DNA of 64,000 nucleotides. It comes from the human T2T-CHM13v2.0 reference genome, Homo sapiens. The position numbers and the translations under genes are program-made. The stretch is taken from assembly GCF_009914755.1 (NCBI RefSeq), contig NC_060927.1. One strand, written 5' to 3'. The notes beneath the pieces are model-generated. The model saw only the letters and a list, made by a program, of their open reading frames with translations. It was not told the DNA's origin and searched no databases. Position 1 is the stretch's first letter; every line of letters starts with the position of its first letter. This document shows, piece after piece, positions 28,450 through 43,234 of this stretch.

Positions 28450-30456
28450 CTGGAAAATAATAAACAGTTAATAAGAGGCTTTGTCTATACCACTCACTGG
28501 CACAAATGATATACTCACTGGTATGTTTATTGATATTCTTTTGATATCCTTTCCCCTCAACCAGACTCTAAGATCTTTGAAGATCTTCATTTAAACAAAA
28601 AAAAAAAAAAAAAGCATTCACTGGTGGTGTTGCCAATGAAAATAAAGATAATGAAACTATTTTTACGTTTAGTTGAAAACATCAGGTAATGCCCCAGATG
28701 AAATAAGAGCACATATGCAATTATATCTCTGCACAGTATTGGTTTTTGGACTTTTAATCTTGAAGATATGACCAAGTCTTAGGAGCATGACAGATTGGAG
28801 ATTTTTAAGATCAAGACAAAATGACTACTCACAAGGCTATTTTCAATATTCTTCTCTCTGAAGAAATAATTCTTGGGACTGTCTAAAGCTGTGAGAAAGC
28901 TTCAACATGTGTTCATTCCACAGGTTATTTTTGCTCATTAGTTCTCTACTCCTTTTCTGGTTTTTGAGTCCTGATCTTATCACCTTGACTTACACCTTAG
29001 GTCTGTGCTGGCCAGCCCACTGCTGTAAATTTATCGCCTTATATCCATGTGTCCTGGCTGCCATGTTTTTCTACTACCTTCACCCCACAAGATGACTTTC
29101 AAACATTTTTGGGGAGGGGGAATTCTCTGTTGATATAAATCATTTGGGTTGGGATTATGAGTGTGTTCAAGTTGAAGGGTACAGATGCAGTTATTGATCT
29201 CAAAGAGACTGTACCCAGGGGAGGTTTGTGGATGGATAGATCAGCCAAAGACGGACGGAGTGCATTCAAGAACTGGAGAAAGTACATTCAAGGAAGGAAG
29301 TCAACAGGGACTGAAGTCAGGTGTTAGGCTGTACCTATACTTTTTAATGGAGAAGACAAATATCTAAAATACCACAATATTGATTCAAATGTCAAACAGC
29401 ATGCATCATCATATATTCGTAAGACACCTCCCTTTTGGTTTCAATGCAAAATGCTAAAATGCATTTTTTAAGAGAAAAATCTAATCTGTGTTCTTTATGT
29501 TTTGCTTATGCCAAAGAAAGGTCTGTGAAAAACCTTAGTTAACAGCAGTCAGGAGTAGGGCCCCATGTGTGTCACAGAAAAGGTACAATCGTAGAATAAA
29601 CCATAGGGAGTAGAGAAGATTGCAAATTTTTAAAAGTGGTATGTGTGTGGCAGGGGAGAGTCCCATGGGTCAGTGGCAACGGGGTAGGGAACCTCAAACA
29701 ATCACAGAATAACCGCCCTTTGCAAAAGAAAATCACAGCTGGCAAATTCCCAACCCCAAAGACTTTTCAAATTTATCGGGGCTCAGCATGACCAAGAGAG
29801 AAGTGGAAGTGGAGCTGGAGACAGTTTTGACTGTTTAGTTATCAAACTTCTCTGCTATAACTACTGGCTATAGAAGAGGCAGCATCTGAAAGAACCGGGA
29901 TATAGTAGTGGTCTCAGCTGAAAAGCAATACAGGTTACTGACATGGAAAAGACAGAAAAGATGGAAGTATTCACTGCTGTTTTTTCACTTTCTTCAAAAC
30001 ACTTGTGAATTCTGCTTATTAACTTTTTTCATGTTACCTAACCACTTACCATAAAAAAAAATCTCTGTTCCAAATCATCAAACTCTACCTATAGTAACAT
30101 GTTTACCATATCTAAACTACTTCTTTTGAAATTTTCCTCAGTTTCCCTCCAGCACTCAACATTCATTCATTTATTCATCATGTTTATTAAGCCCTAACCA
30201 CAATTACCATTTCTATTACCACACAGCTACCGCCACTATAGCCGACGACAGTGCTATGAATATGGTAGGTGCTCAGAAGGCACACACTGACTAATTGCCT
30301 TCCTTTATCTGATGTTCTTTAACATTACTTCCTATTCTGCTTTGATTTGACTGTGGATTTACGCCCCAACAAATTAAAAGAATGGGCTTCCGTATTTCCC
30401 TAGAAAGAGTCACCTGTGGAGGTCCAGAAGCTTCCCACTAAAGAATCTACCAGCAA

Positions 30457-31189
<733 letters not shown>

Positions 31190-32063
31190 GACACATTTCA
31201 ATTTTTGTAGGACATTATTCAGAAACTTCACGATTTTATTTTTATAAGTTGAAATATATGTAATTGGAATCTACGTTGTTTAGGGCTATTTGTTGTATTG
31301 GTGGGTGCATTCTGTATGTCTGGGGACCCTGAAGGTCAGTATCACTGGTGGCCCTTTCATCACTCACTACCAATTTCAGGAGTTTCATTAGTAATAGAAT
31401 AGCTACCCAGGAATGTTTAATTAGTCCTGTTTTTGCAATCCGGTTACCTGTTGATATTCCTAAATCGTGCATTTCTTCCCATTTACATCTTAAATAATCT
31501 TTTATAACAAAACAAAACATTCTCCTTCACCCCCACCCCCTCAAAAAAGCAGAATTTACTGTGCATGCCTACATTAGCATTTCTGGTCTAAAGAAGTCAT
31601 CCTGGTTTTAAAAGAAATCAGCCTGTGTAGAGGATTTTTTAAATTTTAATTTCTTTTCATTATAACTTCATAAAATATTGAGCTGGGGCTGGAACAGTAG
31701 CAAAGATAGGTTGGAGAAGATTCAGGAGATAAGAATAACCAAGTTGTCAAGGGAGGATGCTGGTGAAGATTTTGAATGTCACAGAATTGTGTTTATTAGC
31801 AAGGTGGCACTAGAAGCATTTAGCAACATTTTACAGGAGAGCTTTAGCATGCAGTAGTTTCTTTTCCTCTACGTGGAAACTCAGTTCCCTCTTATCTCCT
31901 GGTAATTCTCGTTTTCCCAGTTTGATTCAATGTGACCCTCGTGGCTTTTCACAATATTCCAGTCTAAAGCACTGGTCTTTCTTGTTAGTTAATCAATAAC
32001 ATTTATTTGTGTCCTGACTTTGTTCTTTTTACCCAAAATATCTGCTCAATAATCACCCTTTTT

Positions 32064-32343
32064 GGCCGGGCATGATGGCTCATGCCTGTAATCCCTGCAC
32101 TTTGGGAGGCCGAGGCGGGCGGATCGCCTGAGGTCAGGAGATTGAGACCAGCCTGGCCAATATGGTGAAACCCCGTTTCTACTAAAAATACAAAAATTAG
32201 CCGGGCGTAGTGGCGAGTGACTGTAATCCCAGCTACTCGGGAGGCTGAGGCAGGAGAATCACTTGAACCCGGGAGGCGGAGGTTGCAGTGAGCCGAGTAG
32301 TGCCATTGCACTCCAGCCTGGTGACAGAGAGAGACTCCGTCTC

Positions 32344-32378
<35 letters not shown>
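32064..32378 (+). mobile_element. AluS with an (AAT)n microsatellite tail
   Basis: Dimer, about 11 AAT units, TSD aataatcaccctttt. Confidence 0.94.
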
Positions 32379-32379
<1 letters not shown>

Positions 32380-34046
32380 CACCCTTTTCATTTCCTGTTT
32401 GGCCTCTTTTCACCTTCACCGTTTGTTATTAAGAGCCACTTAAGTCTCCCTTACCCCTGTGCCTTAGTTGGCTCTATGTGAGACTTACCGAGGCACTTTC
32501 TGCACTTGATGTTGTGAACACCTATAACTCTCCCTAAATCATGTCAAGAATGATGCCTAAATAGAGCATGGTAGAATATGGATTGCTATTCTTCTGGTGG
32601 TAAAGCCTGCAGAATTCCACACTGAATCATTTTTCCTGACTTGTCTTGTTGTCTTCTCTGTTTTCATTTTTGAATAATATTGAATGTTTAGCTTCAATTT
32701 TTTGCCTCTGTCTCTTCAAGCTCTCTTTCCTGATGCTTTTGTTCATAATATAAAAATAAAACTAATTTGTTAAATTATAACAATAATATGTCCTCATGAT
32801 TAAAAAAATTGAATTATACAGAAAGATGTAATGAAAAGAAAAAAATTGCCCTTTAACCTCTTTCTGGCACCTGGTCTGATTTCCCAAAGGTAATTAACTC
32901 CTGCTAACTGATCCAGGTTTATATTTTATGAAGTTTTTAACATATATACATGTATTTGTTAATTTCAAAAAAAAAAAAAAAAAAATTCTAGATACCTTTC
33001 TTCCTATAGATAGAATTGCATATTGTTTCTTGATTTAATCTTTTCTTTATTTCTTACATGACATCTTCTTAGCAGACACTCTTTCATTTCACAGTTATTT
33101 ATAGAGCACCTACTGTGTGCCAGCATAGGAAATATCAAAGTAAACAAAACGGAAATGGTTCTGGCCTTTGTGGAGCTCATAGCTCTTCATCTTGTTATAA
33201 ATCTAGCATTAATCCTGTACCTTTATTTTGCTTAACCTTCTAACTTTGATTTGCTATTATGAGAATTATGTTTAGAATATTTCACAACTGTTGTGTATTT
33301 TTCTGTCACAACAGATGTGATGTTGACCATTCTTTTGCAAACAATTAACAATCAAATTGGGATTTTCATATGCATACCTAAAGTCTTTTTAGTTGTATCT
33401 TTGTGTGCTGTGATCATCTTTACTTTTGGTTTCAATATTCATTATATTATCGGCATAATGATGTGCTTGCTTTTTATTTTGAGAAATAAATATATATATA
33501 TATATATATGTCAGTGTACAGTCAACAGCATTTTGGTATACTTAATTGAGCATCTCTATTTCTATCAATGCTGATGTTTTGATAACAATGATAATGAACA
33601 ATAAAAAATTATATTTGAGGTATACAGAGTTTAGCTTTTACAAATGTGAATAGACATTCTCCTCTGTGGTGCTAATTCCCCCTTTATTTGTAAATGAAGC
33701 ACTTCATATTATTCTTCTCTGTCAAATACTGGCCAAATCCTTTTGTACTTCTGCAAATATCAACCTTTTATGTCTTCATCACTTTTTCTTCCTTGTCTTT
33801 GATTACACTGGGCTGTCTCTGTTCACCAGCACATTTGTTAACATCTTTTTCTTGATGTATGGAATGATCCAGCTGTCTCATGATGAAACGATGTAACAAA
33901 TGTCAATAATTTTTATACAAAAGCAAGTTCTATCAGTTTTAGTTCTGTATATGCATTTGCTAAGAAATAGCGATTCATAGGTACTCCAAAGTGTATATAG
34001 ATGTGGATGTGCGTATATTTTTTTTACTTAAAATACAAGTTTTTGG

Positions 34047-34394
<348 letters not shown>

Positions 34395-35467
34395 CTATTC
34401 TAGAAACCATAATTCATCTCCTTTTTTCTGTCGCTGACTTATTGTTGTAAGTGAAAGAGCTCATCTCTCTAACTTCAGGTAACCTCAGCTATTGCCCAGG
34501 CACAATTTCTCTTTTCTGAATTCACGTCTCTTTTAACCCAGCCCTTTCTACTTCAAGTTCCTTTCTAATCACAGTCCCCATTTTATCGATTCCTTATACT
34601 TTGCCCTTGGGGAACCTTCTTGGATAGTAAACAAAAAGTCCTGAATCATATTCATGTTTTCTCGAATACACTATCTGTGTCCTCAAACTAATAGAATCTT
34701 AGTGTTTTCCTAAGAATACCAAAATCTTCGTACTTCTCCGAGGAAGGTCACTTTCCTATTCCCCTCACTCCTAGCACTAGAAGCAGTGTTCATGGATATT
34801 ATTAAACATTCTTGACCTGCCCTTTTGAAAGTCACTGTATAAACCAAGTCTTAAAACTTTGTGATGTCCCATCTACTTCCGGAGTACTCATTCTTCTACA
34901 TCAGTGCTTTCAGCCCCAGGCTGAAATGGATGATTTACTCTACTCCAATCCCTGCCATCCTGCAGCACCTCTAAGATTAAAAACAAAGTGAAACAGAATA
35001 AAATCTACAGCATTTCTCCAGTTCGATGACCACGATTTTCAGTGGCATATTCCAAATAAAGTCTTCATTGTCCTCATCAGACCCTCCACTCTCCATTTCT
35101 CTGGTCCTTTCCTGGCTGCACGTAGCCTCCTTATCTACTCTGGGTAGTCTGACTCTGTTTCTTACAAGCTTTCACATGTACTGACATGTTTCATTATTTG
35201 ATGTCAGTATACTAGTAAGTGAGCATACTGAATTGAGATTCAGGAGAGGCAGATCTACACCGAGGTGCTTAAGAGAAGAAGATTGATGCAACTGATGCAT
35301 CTTCAAATTTCTTTCTTGAGCAGTATACTCTTGTCCAGTCGTTTGGCTTTTTTGCAGCAGTGGCTGCATTTGAGCTTCCTCCCGGCCTCACCATCCCATC
35401 CTGCCACGCTGAGCTGCCACATTTTACTAGTACAACCTGTCACACTCAACATGGGAACATGTGTCTC

Positions 35468-35486
35468 TACTGCCCTCTTGTGTCCA
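35468..35486 (-). promoter_or_regulatory. Candidate CTCF motif
   Basis: Minus strand TGGACACAAGAGGGCAGTA versus consensus TGGCCACCAGRKGGCRSYR; two tolerated deviations. Sequence match only. Confidence 0.5.
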
Positions 35487-36387
35487 CCAGAAGAAGTGAT
35501 GCATGGTGGGCAGGTTGATGCCTTTGGAAGGAGTTTTGGAATGATGACAACTGTGATTGGCATGCCAATGCCTCTTATCCGTTTTCTTAAACCTTTTACT
35601 AATATCCTATATTTTTAACAATGTCAAATTTTCTGTTTTTCAAGGACCATTCCTAGATCTTCTGCCTCAATCTCAAGTCTTTATGCTCACCTACCTGTTT
35701 GCTGATATCAAAGCTACATGGTAGAAGCACTCATTTCTCTTGGGCTGTCTGTGTCTTCTCTCTTCACTCCTACCTCTGAAGAAGAAAGGTACCTCCTCTG
35801 AGCTAAACAGGAACCCAGATTACAGAGTAGAAAGAGCAGATGGAGAAATAATCAGAGCAGAAATGTAGATAGAAAAGGTAGAAAAAGCAGAAATGGAGGC
35901 AAGTGTGGACTCTTCTCCAGAAATGTTTAGTCCAAAGGAAGAAAAAAGCCTGATAGTAGAAGAAGATAGCATAAATGAAGGAAAGTTTTCTGCAGTAGGG
36001 AAAACTTGAGTTTATTTATAAGCTCAAGTTTTCTGTTACTGGAGAGTTTTCCTCTCCAGTGGAGAGGAACTGATTAATAGAATGTGTCTCAGAGCAAACA
36101 GCAGAAGGTACTTACTTCATCCTATATTATTCTGATTTATTTGCTCATCTCACCTTTACTCTTTATATATCCCAACATGTCAAGCACCACACATTGGAAA
36201 TGAATATGATCAATAAATATTTACTCAATTGAATCATACTGAGAACATTGGATTGGTCCCATTATGAAGCCTAAGTCACAACTAGGGTTCTCTTGAATGG
36301 TTCCTGCTTTTGTCTAAATAACACTCCCCACTACCACCATCTCCTACTTTGTAGGAAAAGTGATCCAGTAGAGAGTAGCTCCATTAC

Positions 36388-36475
36388 CATCATTGTTTAT
36401 ATCGATCTTATGGAACACCAAGTTGATGAATTCTTCAGGACTCAGAGTTTGCTGGCCATTGAGGGCTTGTACCGC
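36388..36475 (-). CDS. GUCA1C: GCAP3 coding exon 3 (88 nt, phase 0/1)
   Basis: Minus strand translates AVQALNGQQTLSPEEFINLVFHKIDINND plus one G. Acceptor tttttgcAG, donor GTAATG. In frame with exons 2 and 4; begins the EF4 loop DINNDG. Confidence 0.96.
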
Positions 36476-38025
36476 CTGCAAAAAGACATTAAATGAAAGA
36501 GGTCAACTTTTCTGGAAGCAAATACATTTTGCAACATTTCTGCTCCGATGTGACAGAATTTGGGGATGTGTTGTCGGTTGCTATCCAACCTGTACCAGTT
36601 GTTAAAAGTAAATAAAAAGAAAAGATTGTATGTCAGTTCTGGGTAATGAGACTTGGAAATTAAATGAACTGAATAAAGACTGAAGCCCTATTTTATACAG
36701 CATACAGGGATCCATTCAACATATTAGATCACAACAGATGCAATGAGCCCATTGGAGAAAATATTGTAGTGGTCATGATCATAAGAATTCCAGACCCAGA
36801 AAACAGATATTGCTCTCAATTTCAGACAGATTGATTTGGGTCTTATGGATGAAAGTAAAAGGATGACCACAATGCTGTAAGAGTCTCAAGCTTCCTCTCC
36901 GGCTTCCACCGCTGGCACCCCTGGTTCTTTGTGCCCTTTTGTGGAATGATTGACTGGGGAGACAGATATATACACCTTAGAAGGGCCCTGAATTTCTCCC
37001 ACATACTGTCAGGGCCCAGGGGGCAAATGACATTTCCAGCCTTCCTAGAGGGAAGATGTAGCCAGCCTCCCCTAACTCCAAGGTGATTAAATTAAATGAC
37101 CCAGACTTGACATAGAACTTCAAAATAAAATGAAAGAGGATTATTCATTTGGGAATTTGAACATAACTATCTTGATTGAACATGAAGGAATCTTTAGAAA
37201 AACTTCTAGCAACATATTTCAATTAGAGGACACAATCATAAATATGACTCTCTCTCTCTTGCTTCTTCTCAAGCATTACCAAACTTGAGTTCCAGGAGTA
37301 ATCATAATAAATGATGGTAGCTTTTTATTATCATTATTAACCAGTCTTGGCTTTAGCAAGTTTAGGTCTGATGGATCTCATGGTTAAATATAGGACAGTA
37401 TTTAAAGTAATAGTTACATACATACAGCATCACATTTGAAGAAAATTTTAAGGATTTCTCAGTGTTTGGTCAGAGGCTTCAAAAGCCTAGAAAATGTGGC
37501 CAAGTATCCAGTATCCCCACATTCTGAAGTGATATTAGCCCACATAAAAAGTCATGATAAAAAATTGTGAGATCTTGATTTGTTCATCACCAATCTTCAG
37601 GTCATATAAGTGAAAGTGAAATACTGATTGGAAAGTGGAGGAGCACTGAGGGGATAATATTTTTGGAGGGAGTCCTCAGCTTGCTCCGTTTTCCTTCTTT
37701 TTTTTAATAGAAGCAGCAGGATCAGGGGATAGGCAAGAAGCTTTTTTTTCTTCTTCTTCTTTCCTTCCTCATTTACTATATGCACTCTTTCTTCCCTAGT
37801 TTCCTAATCGCAGTCTCTGAGTACTCCCTATGTGGGAGCAGGAGGACGCAGGAGAGAAAGGGAAGCAGGAGAGTTCTCACTTGGCAAGTACTGTCCCCAT
37901 TAGCTAATTTCAGTGTTCCCTGGCCTGAGAGGTGTAGACTCTCTCTCCTGCAATTCTGTAGGCATGAATCATGCATCTTGATTCCAGCTGGTCCCTTTCC
38001 CGCTTAGAATTTCTTAAAATCTGCA

Positions 38026-38520
<495 letters not shown>

Positions 38521-40696
38521 GGTCTACCTGCAGCTTTGAGTTTTCTTCACCTCTTCCAGTGGCTCTGCAGGATAAGATCTAACACAGCTCTATGCCAGCT
38601 TCCTCTCACAGTGTTCCATGCCTGATCTATGGAAAACACCCTAGCATCCTTTGTCCCAACAAATTCTAGGAAGGCAGATACTTCCAAAATGTGCACCCTT
38701 GCTGCCACTGTTTGCTTCTTTAGACTTCTCACTCATGACTCAGACACTCACTGCTGTGGTCCTCAAATTGCAGGATACAACCACATCTCAATGGTTTCCT
38801 AACATCCCCATGTTATTGACCTGGGGGGTCCTACTAAACAAATGTCCCTCAAAAATCCTTAAAAACCTTTCTCTTGACTGTTTTATACCCTTGAAGTGAG
38901 ATTAAGCTGTAACTATCTCCTTTGTAGAGCCTGCCTATACTGTGGTACTTCCTTGCAATCTCTTAATGCCTGGGCTGAATTCCATTTTAGCCTCTGTATT
39001 GTATGCAGAGAGAACTTAGATTATACACTTTGTATTTACCTTGCTGATTTTTTTCACCTGCCCATTATATAGAAAGTGTGTTCCTAGGCTACCAATTTCT
39101 CAATAAGTATATATTCCATTGCATTAATTTATTTAAACATTTTCCTCTTTCAGTTTTTTAAAATTTTTTGCTATCTTAAGAGATTCTGTGATATAAATCA
39201 CAGGACTTTTATCCTTAATAATTGTTTTTCCTGACTCAAAATAAGTAATGCTAACTCTAAAACAAAGATCAGCTTTTAGCCTCTTGACGCAGATTACCAC
39301 ATTTCCCGGAATGTTTTCTCCACTTACACCCTCTCCACAGTGTGTAAGGTGCATTCCTTACCATGCTCTTACCAGAATTTGCTATTATTGTTTTTAGTAC
39401 TGATTAATTTAATTAGAGACGAATGGTATCTAATTATTAAATTTCTGTTCTGTGCTTTTATTATTTCCATTTTCCTATGTTCTTTTTTTCCCTTTCTAAG
39501 TTTAGCCCTTAACTTTAAGGGCTTAATGCATTAAGCATTAAGAAATGCTTTGGTGGCATCCTAAGATCTGTATGCTGTATTTACATTTTCATTGTTTTTA
39601 GAAAAAGCTGAGTATTTAAGAGAATATTTTAAAATTTACACGAGGTTGTGTATTCTCTATAGAATATTTGATTTCTAATTTTGTGTTGCAATATATAAGG
39701 TATAGGCAGAATTTCTAAATTGTTCACTTGCCAAGTGAATCCTAGCACATTTTTTTTGTGTGAATGATCTATGTGAAATTAAAACATTAGCAATATCGGT
39801 ATTATCCTACCCTTGAATTCTTTCCATATGTTGGTTAACTCTACATTCGCTTATTTAGCTTTACATTTTTATCTGCTTTGAACGTTTGTTGAGAAGTTTA
39901 ATTATAAAAGTAGTTCTACTCACTTATTTTTCTGGCATTTTTGCTAATATTTCTACTACGTATTTTATTTGTAACTCAGCTCCTTCATCTATGAAACAAA
40001 TAATTTGGACCAGATCATTTCTAAGACATCTAATTCTAATGCTCTTTGAGTCTGCCTTACAAATTCAATGTCTTGAATTCATAATATTAATTACACCTCT
40101 TATCTTCATTTAGGTATAGTGTCCTGCTTAACCATTTTTTTACTCTGGGATCTTTGTTGTTTCATACCATGATAATAACTATCTCCTACTCCATTGGGGT
40201 GGTGGTACAGTGGCTTATAAAGGCACTTATTGAACTTTAGATATGGAAAAGATCTGAGATCCCTGAACCAACTATTAGAAATACTTCAGTATAGCTCCCA
40301 GAAAGATTAGTCCTCACATACCTTCATTCTTAGTCCATGTCTCTTGTTAAATATATATAAACCATCTCATAGTTTAGCTATTCCTCACAAGGCATTCTGC
40401 ACTGAGGCACAGAAAAAGATAAGTTGCTTTACAATATCATATTTGTTTCATTTCTTCATCGCAATGCTCTGTTAAATTTGTGAATGTCAGGGTGGACTGC
40501 ACCAAGAAGAAAAAGCTGATTTGCTGTTGCCCGTTCAGTAATCAATAGGTTAAGTAAAGCTTATATTACTTCAGCAATTCAAAATGTATATCGCCAAAAT
40601 AGCCAACCCCATAGACAGCTGTTACCTACTCCATAGGAAGGGAAATTGGGTTAACTATATAGCGGCCTGAAAAGGATACTTTACTACTTCACTTAC

Positions 40697-40846
40697 CATG
40701 AACATGTCCAGTAGTTCATTTTTGTCAATAGAACCATTTCCATCAGCATCATACAGCTTAAAATACCATTTTAATTTTTGCTCCATTTTTTCTTGCATGA
40801 TTAGATTTACAGCAGCAATAAACTCCAAAAAGTCAATAAATCCATC
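40697..40846 (-). CDS. GUCA1C: GCAP3 coding exon 2 (150 nt, phase 0/0): second half of the EF2 loop and all of EF3
   Basis: Minus strand translates DGFIDFLEFIAAVNLIMQEKMEQKLKWYFKLYDADGNGSIDKNELLDMFM. Acceptor is a pyrimidine tract ending tttccatAG, donor is GTAAGT (40696-40691). Contains the canonical EF-hand loop DADGNGSIDKNE and the GCAP-type KLKWYFKLYD motif. Confidence 0.97.
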
Positions 40847-41054
40847 CTATGGAAAGTAAGATGAAAAGAGAAATAAATATTTAAGAAGAATAATTGTTTT
40901 TTATTTGAGAACTCAGCATTCGTGAGCAGGGCCTTTAGTATAACTTAAATCAATCCATAAGATTTCAGCATAAAACTTTTCCCTAGTGTTTCATTTAAAA
41001 AAAAGTTTATAGACACAAGTGACTTTAATTTTACAATTAAGCGCCTTAAGTAAA

Positions 41055-42035
41055 TAGGCATTATTTTTTAGTGTAGTTTTAGGCTCACAGCAAAATTGAA
41101 TGGAAGCTACAGAGGTTTCCTCTATACTCCCCGTCCCCACACATGCATAGCCTCCCACCAGAATGGTACATTTGTTACAGTTGCTGAACCTACACTGACA
41201 CATCATCATCACCCAAAGTCCATAGTTTACATTAGTGTCCACTCTTTGTATTTTACATTCTGCAAGTCTAGATATATAATGCCATGTACACACCATTATA
41301 GTATTGCATAGAGTAGTTTTGCTATCCTAAAATTCCTCTGTGCTGTGCCTATTTAATCTTCCCTAACTCCTGGCAACCATTAATCTTTTTACGGTCTCCA
41401 TAGCTTTACCTTTCTAGAAAGTCATATGGTTAAAATTATATAGTATGTAGTATATAGTATGTAGCTTTTTCAGGTTGGCGTCTTTCACTTAGTAATATGC
41501 ATTTAAATTTCCTCCATGTCTTTCCAGGGTTTGATAGCTCATTTCTTTTCAGCACTAAATAATACTCCATTGTCTGGATGTACCTCAGTTTATTTATCCA
41601 TTCACTTCCTGCAGGACATTTTGGTTGCTTCCAGATTTTGGCAATTATAAATAAAGTTGCTATAAATATCTATGTGCAGATTTCTTGTGGACTTAAGTTT
41701 TTAACCCCTTTGGACAAATATCAGGGGATTTGGATGATATGTAGGAGTATGTTTAGTTTTTAAGAAACTGCCAAACTATCTTTCAAAGTAGTTGAACCAT
41801 TTTACATTTCTACCAGCACTGAATGAGAGCTCCTGTTGCACCACATCCTCACTGGCATTTGGTGTTTTTAGTGTTCTGGATTTTGGCCATTCTAATAGGT
41901 GTGTAGTGGTATCTCCTTGTTTTAACTTGCAATTCCCTAATAATATATGATGTTGAACACCTTTTTGTGTGCTTGTTTACCACCTGTATTTCTTCTTTGG
42001 TGAAATATTTGGCCTATTTCTTAATCAGATTGTTT
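41055..42035 (-). mobile_element. L1MC-like 3' part (host element of the nested stack)
   Basis: ttttaggctcacagcaaaattga...acatcatcatcacccaaagtccatagtttacattag 3' UTR features. Confidence 0.85.
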
Positions 42036-42403
42036 TCCTTTTTTCAATTTTTTTATTTCAATAGGTTTTTGGGGATCAGGGGGCATTTGGTTACATGAAT
42101 ACGTTTTTTAGTGGTGATTTCTGAGATTTTGGTGCACCCATCACCTGAGCAGTGAACACTGTACCCAATGTGTAGTCTTTTATCCCTCGCCACCCTCTAC
42201 CCTTTCCCCAAAGTCCAATGTATCATTCTTATACCTTTGCATCCTCATAGCTTAACTCCCACATATGAGTGAGAACAGACATTGTTTGGTTTTTCCATTT
42301 CTGAGTTACTTCACTTAGAATAATAGTCTCTACTTTTTTCCAGGTTGCTGTGAATGCCATTGTTTCATTACTTTTTATGGCTGAGTAGTATTCCATGGTG
42401 TAT

Positions 42404-42408
42404 ACACA

Positions 42409-42444
<36 letters not shown>
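42404..42444. repeat. (CA)n microsatellite
   Basis: About 20 CA units with one TA interruption. Confidence 0.95.
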
Positions 42445-42449
<5 letters not shown>

Positions 42450-42910
42450 GGATAATTTTCTTTATCCACTCATTGAATGACAGGCATTTAAGCTGGTTCC
42501 ATATTTTTGCATTTGCAAATTGTGCTGCCATACACATGCATGTGCAAGTATCTTTTTCATATAATGACTTCTTTTTCTCTGGGTAGATACCTAGTAGTGG
42601 GATTGCTGGATCAAACAGTAGGTCTATGTTTAGTTTTTAAGGAATCTCCACACTGTTTCACATAGTAGTTGTACTAGTTTACATTCCCACCAGCAGTGTA
42701 AAAGTGTTCCCTTTTCTCTGCATCCACACCAACATTTGTTGTTTTTTTTATTTTTTGATTATGGCCATTCTTGCAGGAGTGAGGTGATATTGCATTGTGG
42801 TTTTGATTTACATTTCCCTGATAATTAGTTATTTTAAACATTTTTCCATATGCTTGTTGGCCATGTGTATATCTTCTTTTGAGAATTGTCTATTCATGTC
42901 CTTAGCCCAC

Positions 42911-43234
42911 TTTTTTATTATTATTATACTTTAAATTCTGGGATACATGTGCAGAACGTGCAGGTTTGTTACACAGGTATACACGTGCCATGGTGGTTTG
43001 CTGCACCCATCAACCCGTCATCTACATTAGGTATTTCTCCTAATGCTATCCCTCCCCTAGCCCCCTACCCGCCGACAGGCCCCTCCCTGTGTCCATGTGT
43101 TCTCATTGTTCAACTCCCACTTATGAGTGAGAACATGAGGTGTTTGGTTTTCTGTTCCTGTGTTAGTTTGCTGAGAATGATGGTTTCCAGCTTCATCCAT
43201 GTCCCTGCAAAGGACATGAACTCATTCTTTTTTA
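42911..43234 (-). mobile_element. Truncated L1PA 3' end nested in the L1PB
   Basis: ttattatactttaa...catgtgcagaacgtgcaggtttgttacac; TSD tta(g/a)cccacttttt. Confidence 0.88.

Noticed and set aside
32263-32481. Poly-Asn ORF, and the similar poly-Cys/Val ORFs at 22119-22466
   Set aside because: Translations of Alu-tail (AAT)n and (GTT)n microsatellites.
35172-35618. Overlapping non-Alu ORFs of 65-117 aa in intron 3
   Set aside because: Mostly non-ATG starts, no recognisable domain and no supporting exon structure; consistent with chance.
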